Positions 8,808-17,618 of a DNA stretch of 51,920 nucleotides are shown piece after piece (the first letter of the stretch is position 1; each line of letters opens with the position of its first letter). Both the position numbers and the translations under genes were made by a program. Below the pieces are notes generated by a model. The model was given only the letters and a program-made list of their open reading frames with translations, was not told where the DNA came from and made no database searches. This DNA comes from a virus. The stretch lies in the UHGV virus genome UHGV-0124386. One strand, written 5' to 3'.

Positions 8808-8836
8808 TTGACTCGATGTTTTACGGGGCGTATATT
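8808..8836 (+). promoter_or_regulatory. sigma70-like promoter (pL-equivalent) TTGACT-17 bp-TATATT
   Basis: Hexamers with 17-bp spacing read directly; flanked by inverted repeat TTGACTCG...CGAGTCAA (8808-8845) and preceded by a GTATACAAAATGGA motif copy. Confidence 0.5.
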
Positions 8837-9090
8837 GCGAGTCAAAGGAAGGGCGCAGGTAACAAAAGCAACTTCCTGGCACTTTAAAAATCAGGCTTAA
8901 CACCTTGTCAACCGTGGAGTAACTCCCCGATGGGGGACCGAAAGCGGCACTGATAACAAGGCGCATGGGGTGTTTAAAGCGTTACATCCCCCACGAAACC
9001 GCACGCAAGGCGACGAGTCAGCTTGCTTGGAGTGAGCAAGGTCACGCCGGGAACGGCGATGATTGCGGGATTAGTTGCAAGATGTTAAGC

Positions 9091-9128
9091 CGCTCATTAA
9101 CAATCTGGTCAGCCGCTGGAAGTGCGGC
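9091..9128 (+). promoter_or_regulatory. candidate nutL-like site (boxA-like CGCTCATTAA plus boxB-like hairpin GCCGC-TGGAAGT-GCGGC)
   Basis: boxA consensus CGCTCTT(T)A resembled at 9091-9100; 5-bp stem hairpin with purine-rich loop 11 nt downstream; lies in the leader of the N-like gene. Confidence 0.35.
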
Positions 9129-9184
9129 AATTAACGAAGATGATTTTTTATTAAGTATCATCAAGGATATACGGAGATCAGATT

Positions 9185-9475
9185 ATGAGCGTTACAATTA
9201 TATATGGTAAATGTGATAGCAAAATGAATGCCAGGGAACGCAGAAGGATAAAAAGAGAAAACGAAAGAAAATCATCACCTGCAATCAATAAAACAGACAA
9301 TGTGGATAAAGCTATTCGATTTGCAAACGAGGAAAGATGCAAACCGAATGGCATTAAAGAGCATCGCAAAGGTGCGGCAAAATGGTATGCGGAAAACGAA
9401 AGCGGCAATTACTACCACGCAACACAACCGCGTAGTCTAGGGGAAAAACCCCTGGATAAAGTACGCTACAGATAA
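9185..9475 (+). CDS. N-like transcription antiterminator with arginine-rich motif (96 aa)
   Basis: N-terminal arginine-rich motif NARERRRIKRENERK resembling the boxB-binding peptides of P22 and lambda N; first gene after repressor/promoter. Confidence 0.6.
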   Translation: MSVTIIYGKCDSKMNARERRRIKRENERKSSPAINKTDNVDKAIRFANEERCKPNGIKEHRKGAAKWYAENESGNYYHATQPRSLGEKPLDKVRYR

Positions 9476-9505
9476 TACAAAATGTAAACTTTCAAAGGTG
9501 ACATT

Positions 9506-9625
9506 ATGGTTGTTCAGGCGCTTCAATTCAAACTGGCAGTAGCGGAAATGCTTCACGATGCCGAAATGTGGAGCGCCGCGAATAAAGCCTTATACATAGT
9601 GTTAACAGCACGGGAGATTAAATAG
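9506..9625 (+). CDS. small protein (39 aa) translationally coupled to erf (arf-like position)
   Basis: Hand-translated MVVQALQFKLAVAEMLHDAEMWSAANKALYIVLTAREIK; SD AAAGGTGA; stop overlaps erf GTG start (TAGTG). Confidence 0.35.
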   Translation: MVVQALQFKLAVAEMLHDAEMWSAANKALYIVLTAREIK

Positions 9626-10266
9626 TGAAAACAGAGTTACATAAAAAGCTATGGGCGATTCAGCAAACGCTGAACGCGCCGAAAAATCAGCGTAATAATT
9701 TTGGTGGATATAATTACAGGTCGGCGGAGGATATTTTAGAGGCGGTTAAACCACTGCTTCAAAATATCACGCTGACTGTTAGTGATGAAATTGTCCTGAT
9801 CGGCAATCGCTATTATGTGAAAGCAACGGCGACGCTAAGCGACGGTGAAGACGTAATAGCGGTAACTGCTTATGCCAGGGAGGAAGAAAGCAAGAAGGGT
9901 ATGGACGCCAGCCAGCTAACAGGAGCAACATCAAGTTACGCGCGTAAATATGCTTTGAACGGTTTATTCTGTATAGATGATGCTCGCGATCCTGATACTG
10001 ATGCTTACGCGAAGCAGACAGGCCAGCAGCCGCGACAACAGAAAAACCCACCAAAACAACAACCGCAGCAGAAGAAAGCGCCGCCAAATCCTGATGAAGT
10101 GTTAGCACGTTTCTGTGATGCAGCAGCGAAAGCGCAGGACGCTAACAAGCTGCGTGAAATATTTGGCAAATGCTGGAAATTACTACCGGAAGGATCGGAG
10201 CATCGAATCAAGGCAAAAGATGTTTATGACATCCGGGTAGCAGAGCTTAACGGGGAGATGGGTTAA
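9625..10266 (+). CDS. erf: ERF-family single-strand annealing protein (213 aa, GTG start)
   Basis: ERF-like N-terminal region (FGGYNYRSAEDILEAVKPLL); Q/P-rich linker; position next to ssb. Confidence 0.75.
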   Translation: MKTELHKKLWAIQQTLNAPKNQRNNFGGYNYRSAEDILEAVKPLLQNITLTVSDEIVLIGNRYYVKATATLSDGEDVIAVTAYAREEESKKGMDASQLTGATSSYARKYALNGLFCIDDARDPDTDAYAKQTGQQPRQQKNPPKQQPQQKKAPPNPDEVLARFCDAAAKAQDANKLREIFGKCWKLLPEGSEHRIKAKDVYDIRVAELNGEMG

Positions 10267-10685
10267 TGAGTTTAAATTCAATCACGCTGGGCGGGAATAT
10301 CGGTAATGATATGGAGGTTCGCTACACACAAAACGGGAAAGCGATTGGTAGTTTTCCGTTAGCTGTAACGAATGGCTACGGCGATAATAAGCGGACAATG
10401 TGGGTCACTTGCCTTGTATTTGGTGAGCGTGCGGAAAAATTAGCGCCACATATCCGCAAGGGTGGAAAAATAGTGGTAAACGGTCGCTTGGATGTTCGGC
10501 AATATGACCGGAACGACGGCACGAAGGGAACGGCGGTAGAAGTGGCGGTTAACGAATTCGAATTTATGAACGTTAACCAACAGGGCCAGCAGCAAGGCCA
10601 GCAGCAGAAAGCGCCACCGCCGCAGCAGAATAACAACGGGAATAATCCGCCTCCGATGGACTTCGACGACGATATTCCTTTTTAG
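10266..10685 (+). CDS. ssb: single-stranded DNA-binding protein (139 aa)
   Basis: OB-fold SSB pattern, Gln/Pro-rich tail ending in acidic DFDDDIPF. Confidence 0.9.
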   Translation: MSLNSITLGGNIGNDMEVRYTQNGKAIGSFPLAVTNGYGDNKRTMWVTCLVFGERAEKLAPHIRKGGKIVVNGRLDVRQYDRNDGTKGTAVEVAVNEFEFMNVNQQGQQQGQQQKAPPPQQNNNGNNPPPMDFDDDIPF

Positions 10686-10701
10686 AATCAATGCGTTAGC
10701 T

Positions 10702-10980
10702 ATGAGTGATTATCTAAAACCGCCACCGCAACCACGAACAAAAGAGCAAGTATTAAAAGAAGCCCGCGATCAAATCGATCGCGGGCTTTTTTTATGCGGC
10801 ACGGCAGCGGATCGAATGGCGAAAAGATTTAGTGACCTGTACGCGAAGCAAATCTGGTTTGACAACTGGCGAGCGAGTTCTTACCCGCTACAGAAAACTG
10901 ATGATATGCAGTGGCCTGAATATGTTGATCCACGAATGCGCAAATATCGCGGGCGTATGGGCAAGGTTATTAACGATTAA
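10702..10980 (+). CDS. hypothetical protein (92 aa)
   Basis: ORF track; tight packing in operon. Confidence 0.4.
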   Translation: MSDYLKPPPQPRTKEQVLKEARDQIDRGLFLCGTAADRMAKRFSDLYAKQIWFDNWRASSYPLQKTDDMQWPEYVDPRMRKYRGRMGKVIND

Positions 10981-10992
10981 TGAGGTATTACC

Positions 10993-11244
10993 ATGACAGC
11001 TACAACATTAAGCGAAAATAACGGGCGCGGTTTTCAGGGGACTGCGGAAACCTCAGACGATGGTGATGTATTTGTCGAATTCGGTGGCGGTAACTATGAA
11101 TTCGAAACGTCGGCGGGCTGGCACGATAAATGGCCTTTCCCGACGCGCAAGGAATTAAGCGATCGAAAAACATTTGGCGAAGATGCCGAACGCCTGGCGA
11201 ATAATAAATGGATGGATAAATTTATTGCGGAGGCTGAAAAATGA
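10993..11244 (+). CDS. hypothetical protein (83 aa)
   Basis: ORF track. Confidence 0.4.
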   Translation: MTATTLSENNGRGFQGTAETSDDGDVFVEFGGGNYEFETSAGWHDKWPFPTRKELSDRKTFGEDAERLANNKWMDKFIAEAEK

Positions 11245-11366
11245 GTTTTGCAAAAATTGCAGCATTGGCTGCGGCGGTGGCGATCGCGGCGCTATATCTT
11301 AGCTTATCGCTTTATATTACGGTGGCGATCATCAAGCTGATTACAACTATGTGAGGCAATCATGAG
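11241..11366 (+). CDS. small hydrophobic membrane peptide (41 aa)
   Basis: Hand-translated MSFAKIAALAAAVAIAALYLSLSLYITVAIIKLNYNYVRQS; ATGA overlap with upstream stop. Confidence 0.3.
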
Positions 11367-11476
11367 AGTCAGTAAGGATATTGTGACGGTCGCGTTTTGC
11401 GTTATTTGTTTCCTGTTTGCGGTTGTGCTTTGTGGCGCACTTGCGGCAGTGATTAGCTTTATTGGTAAGGGGGTGA
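11363..11476 (+). CDS. small hydrophobic membrane peptide (37 aa)
   Basis: Hand-translated MRVSKDIVTVAFCVICFLFAVVLCGALAAVISLLVRG; ATGA overlap with upstream stop; fills gap exactly up to next gene. Confidence 0.3.
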
Positions 11477-11480
11477 TGTT

Positions 11481-11753
11481 ATGACTCTGTGGGATGCAAA
11501 AGAAGGTGATCTCGTTGTCTTGCCAGCATATCGTAGTGATCTCGGGCTGGTCGTACTGAATAAAACATGTAGCGACATTCAACGCCCGATCCTGGTTAGA
11601 TACTTAGACGGCACGATGATCGAACCGCGTTTCTTCGACAAAGTTGAACTGAAGGCCCGCAATGTTCGCGTTAAGCCTTTCCGGGCTTATGTTGAAAATC
11701 ACTGGCGTAAATTGTTCGCCGGACTGAATGGGATGTTCGGCGTATGGCTATAA
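11481..11753 (+). CDS. hypothetical protein (90 aa)
   Basis: ORF track; SD AAGGGGGTGA. Confidence 0.45.
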   Translation: MTLWDAKEGDLVVLPAYRSDLGLVVLNKTCSDIQRPILVRYLDGTMIEPRFFDKVELKARNVRVKPFRAYVENHWRKLFAGLNGMFGVWL

Positions 11754-11935
11754 AATTAGTGAAGGTTAAACACCTGAAAGGCGGTGAAAGATTAATGTCA
11801 TGGTGGGGACATGAATTTATTGCTACTGCCTTTCATTTCGGCCTAGGTGGTCAAGTAACAATATTTGATGAAGATTACGACGAGGTGGGGCAATGGCATC
11901 TTGAGCAATATGTCGAGGTGTTAAATGAAAATTAA
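11744..11935 (+). CDS. hypothetical protein (63 aa)
   Basis: ORF track. Confidence 0.35.
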   Translation: MAIKLVKVKHLKGGERLMSWWGHEFIATAFHFGLGGQVTIFDEDYDEVGQWHLEQYVEVLNEN

Positions 11936-12257
11936 ATTCCACAAAGCGTATGACGCTAACACAAACAAGCTATCACTATTTATCGAATTCGAACGCCGGA
12001 TCGTGGTAGCGCCTTGGTCGCGGCGCTTTAATGACGCCGCCGGATGTAGACAATTCGCGGTCGATATGCTGTTACGCGGCTGCGGCCTTATGCGTCCGCT
12101 ATCTGATTTAAAACGAATGATGCCGGGATCGTTCGGTCAGATTGATGAAATAGAAATAAGCCCGGAAGAACTGAAACGTGAGCGTGATTTATTCCTTTCA
12201 AGCGAAGGAAACCCGTTTAATTCAGAAACTGAAATGAAATGGCATCATCCACTATAA
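11925..12257 (+). CDS. hypothetical protein (110 aa)
   Basis: ORF track. Confidence 0.4.
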   Translation: MKIKFHKAYDANTNKLSLFIEFERRIVVAPWSRRFNDAAGCRQFAVDMLLRGCGLMRPLSDLKRMMPGSFGQIDEIEISPEELKRERDLFLSSEGNPFNSETEMKWHHPL

Positions 12258-12889
12258 GGGTAAATATTATGAACAATATCAAAACGGCTTATTCACTCGG
12301 CAGCGAAGGCATGTTAATTACTCGCTACACAGAGGACGCGAGCTTTCACGAAGTGGTAACTAAGGATTATCACGAAGTTTTAAAAGATATGGAAGCAGGA
12401 GTGTATGACAGTGACTTAAATCTGGCGCTACAGATTGTTGATATTATGATGGATGCATCAATCCGCGATTACGTGTCTTTAAGCATGGAAGAAAAAACAT
12501 CGGTAGCGCGTTATGTGTTCTGCCTCACTTTCGTAAGACGCATGGAGGAGGAATTCGGACGCGCACCAGTGCCGGAAGATGTTGATCCGCTCGCGTTCGG
12601 AAGTGCTGTTATTTTCCCGTTGAACAAGGATCGGCTTGGCAGTGTTTCACTGCATTCTATGCGCGCCCTGATGAAAAAGGTCTTTGAGGTTAAGATGTTG
12701 CAGAAATTTATTGAGGAAGGACACGAAGAAGTGAACGTTAAGGCGTTTATTCCGGTGCTTTACGGAAATTTTGTTGGCGATGATATGCGCGCTAATGAAT
12801 TAGGCGTACAGGCGGCTATAGCTACGCTTAACGAAGCAATGAAAAGTGCACAGCCTATTCATGAACAGGAAAAACGTGTACTGCATTAA
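12239..12889 (+). CDS. hypothetical protein (216 aa; alternative start at MNNIKTAY)
   Basis: ORF track. Confidence 0.45.
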   Translation: MASSTIRVNIMNNIKTAYSLGSEGMLITRYTEDASFHEVVTKDYHEVLKDMEAGVYDSDLNLALQIVDIMMDASIRDYVSLSMEEKTSVARYVFCLTFVRRMEEEFGRAPVPEDVDPLAFGSAVIFPLNKDRLGSVSLHSMRALMKKVFEVKMLQKFIEEGHEEVNVKAFIPVLYGNFVGDDMRANELGVQAAIATLNEAMKSAQPIHEQEKRVLH

Positions 12890-12988
12890 CAGCGTGATTG
12901 CGATCACATAAATATACATTTTGTATTGTGATTGCATATCCGTTTTGTAAGCCGAAATCAAAAGGTTTACGGTGCGGAGGAAAACAAG

Positions 12989-13207
12989 ATGGCCCGCGAA
13001 TTAATGCTTTATTGTGTTGAGGGTGGCGTAGGTAGTAATGCCTATGTCGCCGGGAAAGGCTATCCAGCCGATGAAGTGCTTTCTAATATGCACTTCCGGG
13101 AAAATGAAAGCCGGGTGTCTGTGTGGAAACGGTGCATTGATGGTATTGAGGTTGTAAGTATCGAACGGTATTTAGGCACGTTTGATTACGGTGTTATTGA
13201 GGCTTAA
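12989..13207 (+). CDS. hypothetical protein (72 aa)
   Basis: SD GGAGG upstream of ATG 12989; ORF track frame 12932..13207. Confidence 0.4.
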   Translation: MARELMLYCVEGGVGSNAYVAGKGYPADEVLSNMHFRENESRVSVWKRCIDGIEVVSIERYLGTFDYGVIEA

Positions 13208-13305
13208 TTATGGACGACACATTGTTTTATATGTGCTGTTGCTGGGGTTTTATTGCCTTATGTCTGTTTATCAGGTGGTTTATTGAATACCATATGAGGT
13301 GAGGC

Positions 13306-13500
13306 ATGGAACAGAAAACTGATTATAGAATACCTGATGGCCTAAAATTAGTTGGCATTGGTTTCGGGTGTAGATTTGTATCTGACGCAAAAGGAGCGAT
13401 TTATTTAATACGTCTTATTGATGGCGTTCAACATATAAGGAGATTAGGAATTTACATCAAAGCATTCAGAAGAGGTTATTTAAAAACTCATGAAATTTAA
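13306..13500 (+). CDS. hypothetical protein (64 aa)
   Basis: ORF track; SD GAGGTGAGG. Confidence 0.4.
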   Translation: MEQKTDYRIPDGLKLVGIGFGCRFVSDAKGAIYLIRLIDGVQHIRRLGIYIKAFRRGYLKTHEI

Positions 13501-13693
13501 ACATTACATGGAATGGAAAATTCCAGAAGCAGCAACAAAGGCAGCGCCAGGAAATGTTTCTGGCGTTTATTTTTATATGGATGGCAAATGGTATTTCGGC
13601 AGCAGGCCGGATCGCTACTATCAAGAAATATGCAAGCCTCACGTATGGGATATTAAAGAGCGCGTGAAAGGCGGGGTAATTGAGGACGTTTAA
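13490..13693 (+). CDS. hypothetical protein (67 aa)
   Basis: ORF track. Confidence 0.35.
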   Translation: MKFKHYMEWKIPEAATKAAPGNVSGVYFYMDGKWYFGSRPDRYYQEICKPHVWDIKERVKGGVIEDV

Positions 13694-13922
13694 AATGATG
13701 CGTGCAATTATTGACTTCATTATTGGATGGTTATTTTGTTCTTTTTTCGTATTCTCATGTATAGCTACGGTTTTTATTGGAATTTTATGTGGTGTGTCGT
13801 TTGTTACATGGGAGCTACCAGAAATTCCATCACCTGATGATGCGCTTTATATATTAAGGGTTATTATTGCTGTTAGTGTATTTGTTGGGTTCTTTTTCGC
13901 TGATTCTACTGATGATTTATAA
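13680..13922 (+). CDS. small membrane protein, two predicted TM helices (80 aa)
   Basis: ORF track; two long hydrophobic stretches. Confidence 0.4.
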   Translation: MRTFKMMRAIIDFIIGWLFCSFFVFSCIATVFIGILCGVSFVTWELPEIPSPDDALYILRVIIAVSVFVGFFFADSTDDL

Positions 13923-13923
13923 A

Positions 13924-14157
13924 ATGGCTTTATTTAACCTGTCAGAGCCGCAATTTAACGCCGTAAAGACTGCCGCCCGCGCCGCGCTTTCGGCCTGCAA
14001 AGCGGAAGTAGAAAAGAACGGCTACAGCGATAAAGCCACGCGGCTGATATTAGATAAGCATTATCGCAAGGTCGCCCCGCTAATCAGTATTGAGCGTTTT
14101 GTGTGGTTGGTGGGGTATCTGAATAACCGCTGGGGAACAGATCAGGATTATTTCTAA
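13924..14157 (+). CDS. hypothetical protein (77 aa from ATG 13924)
   Basis: ORF track frame 13867..14157; start chosen to abut upstream stop. Confidence 0.35.
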   Translation: MALFNLSEPQFNAVKTAARAALSACKAEVEKNGYSDKATRLILDKHYRKVAPLISIERFVWLVGYLNNRWGTDQDYF

Positions 14158-14166
14158 GGGGGCGTA

Positions 14167-14706
14167 ATGAAAAATGATTACGGCGGCAGCCATACGCCGA
14201 AAGAAATAAAGGACTTATGGCAAACGCCAAAACCCGTTTTTAGAGGAATGGATCGAGAATTCGAGTTCGTCGCGGATGTGGCGGCAAACAAGGCAAACGC
14301 ATTAATACCGCGATATATAACCGAAGAAATGGACACGCTCCATTATCCGTGGGGAGCGGTGGCGATGCCTGGTGAGTATGTCTGGATGAATCCGCCATAT
14401 TCTAATCCGGGGCCATTCGTTGATAAAGCGGCGCTTGAACACAGCCGAAATCATATCGGATGCGTAATGTTATTGCCCGCTGACATTTCTGTTAGCTGGT
14501 TTATGAACGGCGTGGAGACGGCAAACGAATGCCGATTAATCACGCGCGGGCGGCTGGCGTTTATCAATGCTGCAACAGGGAAACCAGTAAGCGGGAACAA
14601 TAAGGGGAGCTTGTTCCTGATCTGGCATCCACGATGCAGACATGAATGTATTTTCACGCAGATAACACGTAAAGAGCTATATGCAAGAGGTGCAGAAAAT
14701 GAATAA
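14167..14706 (+). CDS. phage-type DNA N6-adenine methyltransferase (Dam-like, 179 aa)
   Basis: Catalytic NPPY motif (WMNPPYS) and upstream WQTP motif characteristic of phage N6A methyltransferases. Confidence 0.8.
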   Translation: MKNDYGGSHTPKEIKDLWQTPKPVFRGMDREFEFVADVAANKANALIPRYITEEMDTLHYPWGAVAMPGEYVWMNPPYSNPGPFVDKAALEHSRNHIGCVMLLPADISVSWFMNGVETANECRLITRGRLAFINAATGKPVSGNNKGSLFLIWHPRCRHECIFTQITRKELYARGAENE

Positions 14707-15019
14707 AGCGGCTGAATTGCTGAGACTTGCGGCTGAAACTATCGAGGCAAGAGGGGAGCAAAACGGATACGATCGAAAAGAAGAAAAATCAGCGCCAAAA
14801 ATAGCGGCTATTTTCAACGCTAAGATGAATGCGAATTTAACCCCACTTGATGTATGGGATCTAATGATTTGCCTCAAGGAAGCGCGTTTAGGGGCTATTC
14901 TCGCTAATGGAACTGATCCGCTCGACACTCTTATAGACCTTATTGCTTATAACGCGCTTAAGGCCGAACAGATATTAGCGTATCGGGAGGAAGAGCTAAA
15001 TGAAGATGGTGGCAATTGA
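14699..15019 (+). CDS. hypothetical protein, possibly all-alpha MazG-like NTP pyrophosphohydrolase (106 aa)
   Basis: ORF track frame 14681..15019; SD AGAGGTG before ATG 14699; E..E...E acidic pattern (ETIEARGEQ) is only weakly suggestive. Confidence 0.3.
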   Translation: MNKAAELLRLAAETIEARGEQNGYDRKEEKSAPKIAAIFNAKMNANLTPLDVWDLMICLKEARLGAILANGTDPLDTLIDLIAYNALKAEQILAYREEELNEDGGN

Positions 15020-15503
15020 CAGGTTATTAGCCTGCGTTTATGTCGCCGTTTTCGTTATCATCAATCTTATTGTTAACCACTGTGGCACGTGGGTAATTCC
15101 GATCACCACGGTAGCCGCCGTGTGTGTCAATATGATGATTCGTGATTTTCTGTTATATGACGGCGGCCTTAAATGGTCGGCTACAACATGCGCCGCCGCT
15201 GGCGCAATCACGGTGCTGATAAATTACGACGCCGGAATGGTGGCGATCGCGTCATTCGTCGCGGTTGTTTCCGGTGCGCTTATTTCTGGCGGCGTTTACC
15301 GGGTTTTACCTGGTGATTTCGATTCTAAACGCTGGCCTGCAAATATAGCGTCCGCCATTGGCGATGCGTTAATTTTCCCAACGCTATCGTTTATGGCATT
15401 CATGCCGGAAATATCAGCTATGCAATTCATCTCAAAAATGGCGGCGGTAACGGTGATCACTATCATCATGCGCCGCTACTTTACGTTCGAGGGTAGGAAA
15501 TGA
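15000..15503 (+). CDS. polytopic membrane protein with weak resemblance to the VUT/YhhQ (DUF165) family (167 aa)
   Basis: 4-5 hydrophobic segments; local pattern similarity to recalled E. coli YhhQ (N.LV...G.TW...D..R; A..S..G..D.L.F); not verified by search. Confidence 0.4.
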   Translation: MKMVAIDRLLACVYVAVFVIINLIVNHCGTWVIPITTVAAVCVNMMIRDFLLYDGGLKWSATTCAAAGAITVLINYDAGMVAIASFVAVVSGALISGGVYRVLPGDFDSKRWPANIASAIGDALIFPTLSFMAFMPEISAMQFISKMAAVTVITIIMRRYFTFEGRK

Positions 15504-16264
15504 GTGGGCTTAGAAATTGGGTGGTGTGGTCGCTGTACGACGGCAGCGGATACGCCGTTAAAGATTGGGCCGACGCTGGTTATAAATGCTATTGCTTCAA
15601 CTATGATGGCGCTAATCACGGCGATTATGAAGGCGTCAAAATCATTCATCCGAACATTGAGTATATCAACGTATGGATTGACAGCCATTTCCTGGTAATG
15701 TTCTCCCCTGAATTGTCTGTTTATCCAGATCCTGACATTATCCTGGGCTTTCCTCCGTGCGACGATCTTGCGGTGTCCGGCGCTCGCTGGTTTGCTGATA
15801 AGCGGAAAAAAGATCCTTACTTCCAGCAGAAGGCGGCATACAACGCAAAACTGGTAGAAACGCTTGCTGATATGTACCACGTCCCGTGGATGGTGGAAAA
15901 TCCGGTAGGTGCGCTGTCAACGTTATGGCGCAAACCTGATTTTATCTTCAACCCGTGCGCTTACGGTGGCTACCTGCCTGAAGACGACAAACACCCTGCT
16001 TTCCCTGAATACATAGCTGCCCGCGACGCATACACGAAGAAAACTTGTATCTGGTGCGGGAATGGATTTAAGCAGCCGCTATTCCGGTCTGTACCTATGC
16101 CGGATGAATGGGAAGACAGCAAACAGCACGCGAAGTTAGGAGGAAAGTCGAAACGCACTAAGATGATCCGCTCACTAACGCCGCGCGGCTTTGCCCGTGC
16201 TGTATTCTTGGCTAACGACCGGGCCATCACTCGTACTACGCTTAACCGCATTTTACCGGACTAA
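15500..16264 (+). CDS. DNA C5-cytosine methyltransferase-like protein with non-canonical motifs (254 aa)
   Basis: Motif I-like SLYDGSG, motif IV GFPPCD (PC catalytic Cys, D in place of Q), motif VI ENP, motif IX-like RSLTPRGFARAVF; short variable region. Confidence 0.55.
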   Translation: MSGLRNWVVWSLYDGSGYAVKDWADAGYKCYCFNYDGANHGDYEGVKIIHPNIEYINVWIDSHFLVMFSPELSVYPDPDIILGFPPCDDLAVSGARWFADKRKKDPYFQQKAAYNAKLVETLADMYHVPWMVENPVGALSTLWRKPDFIFNPCAYGGYLPEDDKHPAFPEYIAARDAYTKKTCIWCGNGFKQPLFRSVPMPDEWEDSKQHAKLGGKSKRTKMIRSLTPRGFARAVFLANDRAITRTTLNRILPD

Positions 16265-16423
16265 AGTTTACAAAGTGGCATCATTGTGTGATGCGGATCA
16301 CATAATGGCGCTTTTTGTCTTGTTTGGGGGTATCCATTTTGTATACTTCAAGCAAACAAAATGCTCTTTAAAAATCCGGCAGCGCTGAAATGCGTAGAAA
16401 TCACCTGAAAAGGAGAGAGCATT

Positions 16424-16600
16424 ATGTCTTTTGATGATTACCAATGGCATGACGACTATGAACGAGAAAGCGTCATGCGTGCAATGTGCAATGTATGCAG
16501 CACGAAGAAAGGAGGCTGTAACGAGTGCAACGAATGCTTAGAACATTGGCTAAGGGCCGGACACGCCGAAAGGCTGAACGAAACAGAGAATCAAAAATAA
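16424..16600 (+). CDS. small Cys-rich protein (58 aa), NinF-like position
   Basis: Hand-translated MSFDDYQWHDDYERESVMRAMCNVCSTKKGGCNECNECLEHWLRAGHAERLNETENQK; SD AAAGGAGAG; immediately upstream of ninG. Confidence 0.35.
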   Translation: MSFDDYQWHDDYERESVMRAMCNVCSTKKGGCNECNECLEHWLRAGHAERLNETENQK

Positions 16601-16614
16601 TCGGGGTGGTTTTT

Positions 16615-17220
16615 ATGCAAAACCCTAAAAAACCCATAAGACGCCGTTGCAAATGCTGCGGCGTTTTTTTTGAGCCTAAATATCACAATCAAACGTGGTG
16701 CAGTGACGAATGTCTGGAAGAACTGAAGTTTGATCAGCTATGCCGCGACCGTGAGAAGGCTATGAAGGCTATGGAACGGAAGAAACGCCGTGATAGCCAG
16801 CGTGAAGAACGCAACCGGAAGCGTAAACAGTTAAATCCGCGTAGTTATTGGATCAAACAAGTTCAAAATGTATTTAACGCCTATATTCGCGAACGTGACG
16901 CGCGGTTGCCCTGTATATCCTGCGGGACTTACTACGGTGAGCAATGCGGATGGGATGCGGGCCATTATAGGACGGTTGCCGCCGCCGGACACCTTCGCTT
17001 TAACGAGGATAATTGCCATAAACAATGCAGGCACTGCAACCAGACATTAGACGGAAATATAGGAGGATATCGCCCGGCACTGATTCGAAAAATTGGCCTC
17101 GCCAGGGTGGTAGCACTGGAGAACAACAATGATACGCATAAATGGACGATCGCAGAATGTAAGGAGCTAATAAACATCTATCAGGCGAAATTGGACGCCT
17201 TAAGGAGAAAGGCAGCATGA
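16615..17220 (+). CDS. ninG: NinG/Rap recombination-promoting protein (201 aa from ATG 16615)
   Basis: Aligns with recalled lambda NinG (PRSYWIKQ, RDARLPCISCGT, WDAGHYRT, LRFNE.N.HKQC, HKWTIEECK); ORF track frame 16525..17220. Confidence 0.85.
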   Translation: MQNPKKPIRRRCKCCGVFFEPKYHNQTWCSDECLEELKFDQLCRDREKAMKAMERKKRRDSQREERNRKRKQLNPRSYWIKQVQNVFNAYIRERDARLPCISCGTYYGEQCGWDAGHYRTVAAAGHLRFNEDNCHKQCRHCNQTLDGNIGGYRPALIRKIGLARVVALENNNDTHKWTIAECKELINIYQAKLDALRRKAA

Positions 17221-17618
17221 ACGAATATACATTTAGCCTACCTTACCCGCCATCGAACAATAAATATTACCGGCATTCGCGCGGTTTCCACTATATAAGC
17301 AAGGAAGGTAAGGAATACAGGGAGCAGGTAAAAGACATTATAAAACTGCTTAATCTGAAAATTAATCTTAAGTGTAGGCTATCAATAACGGTGTATATTG
17401 CACCGCCAGATAACAGACGCCGCGATATTGACAATGTAGGGAAGGCATTATTTGACGCTATAACTTATTCCGGTTTTTGGGCTGATGATAGCCAGGTTGA
17501 CGCAATGAAATTTGTCCGCTGCCGGAAGGTAAAAAGAGGGCGATTGTTTATCAAGGTACGCGAACGCGGCGACCTGTTACCGGATATTAACGAATACTTG
17601 ACTAATATGTGGTGGTAA
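17217..17618 (+). CDS. rusA: RusA-family Holliday junction resolvase (133 aa)
   Basis: Length and DIDN-containing core (RRDIDNVGKALFDAI) typical of RusA. Confidence 0.8.
   Translation: MNEYTFSLPYPPSNNKYYRHSRGFHYISKEGKEYREQVKDIIKLLNLKINLKCRLSITVYIAPPDNRRRDIDNVGKALFDAITYSGFWADDSQVDAMKFVRCRKVKRGRLFIKVRERGDLLPDINEYLTNMWW

Noticed and set aside
8766-8966. 66-aa minus-strand ORF across the pL-like promoter
   Set aside because: Antisense to promoter and leader, no RBS, AT-rich artefact.
8720-9184. tRNA or retron-type ncRNA in the structured non-coding stretch after the repressor
   Set aside because: No cloverleaf with T-loop GTTC-like signature, and no reverse transcriptase gene downstream; better explained as a structured N leader with a nut site.
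8965-9210. 81-aa plus-strand ORF in the leader upstream of the N-like gene
   Set aside because: Lies in a hairpin-rich, nut-containing leader, overlaps the N-like start and has no SD; interpreted as non-coding.
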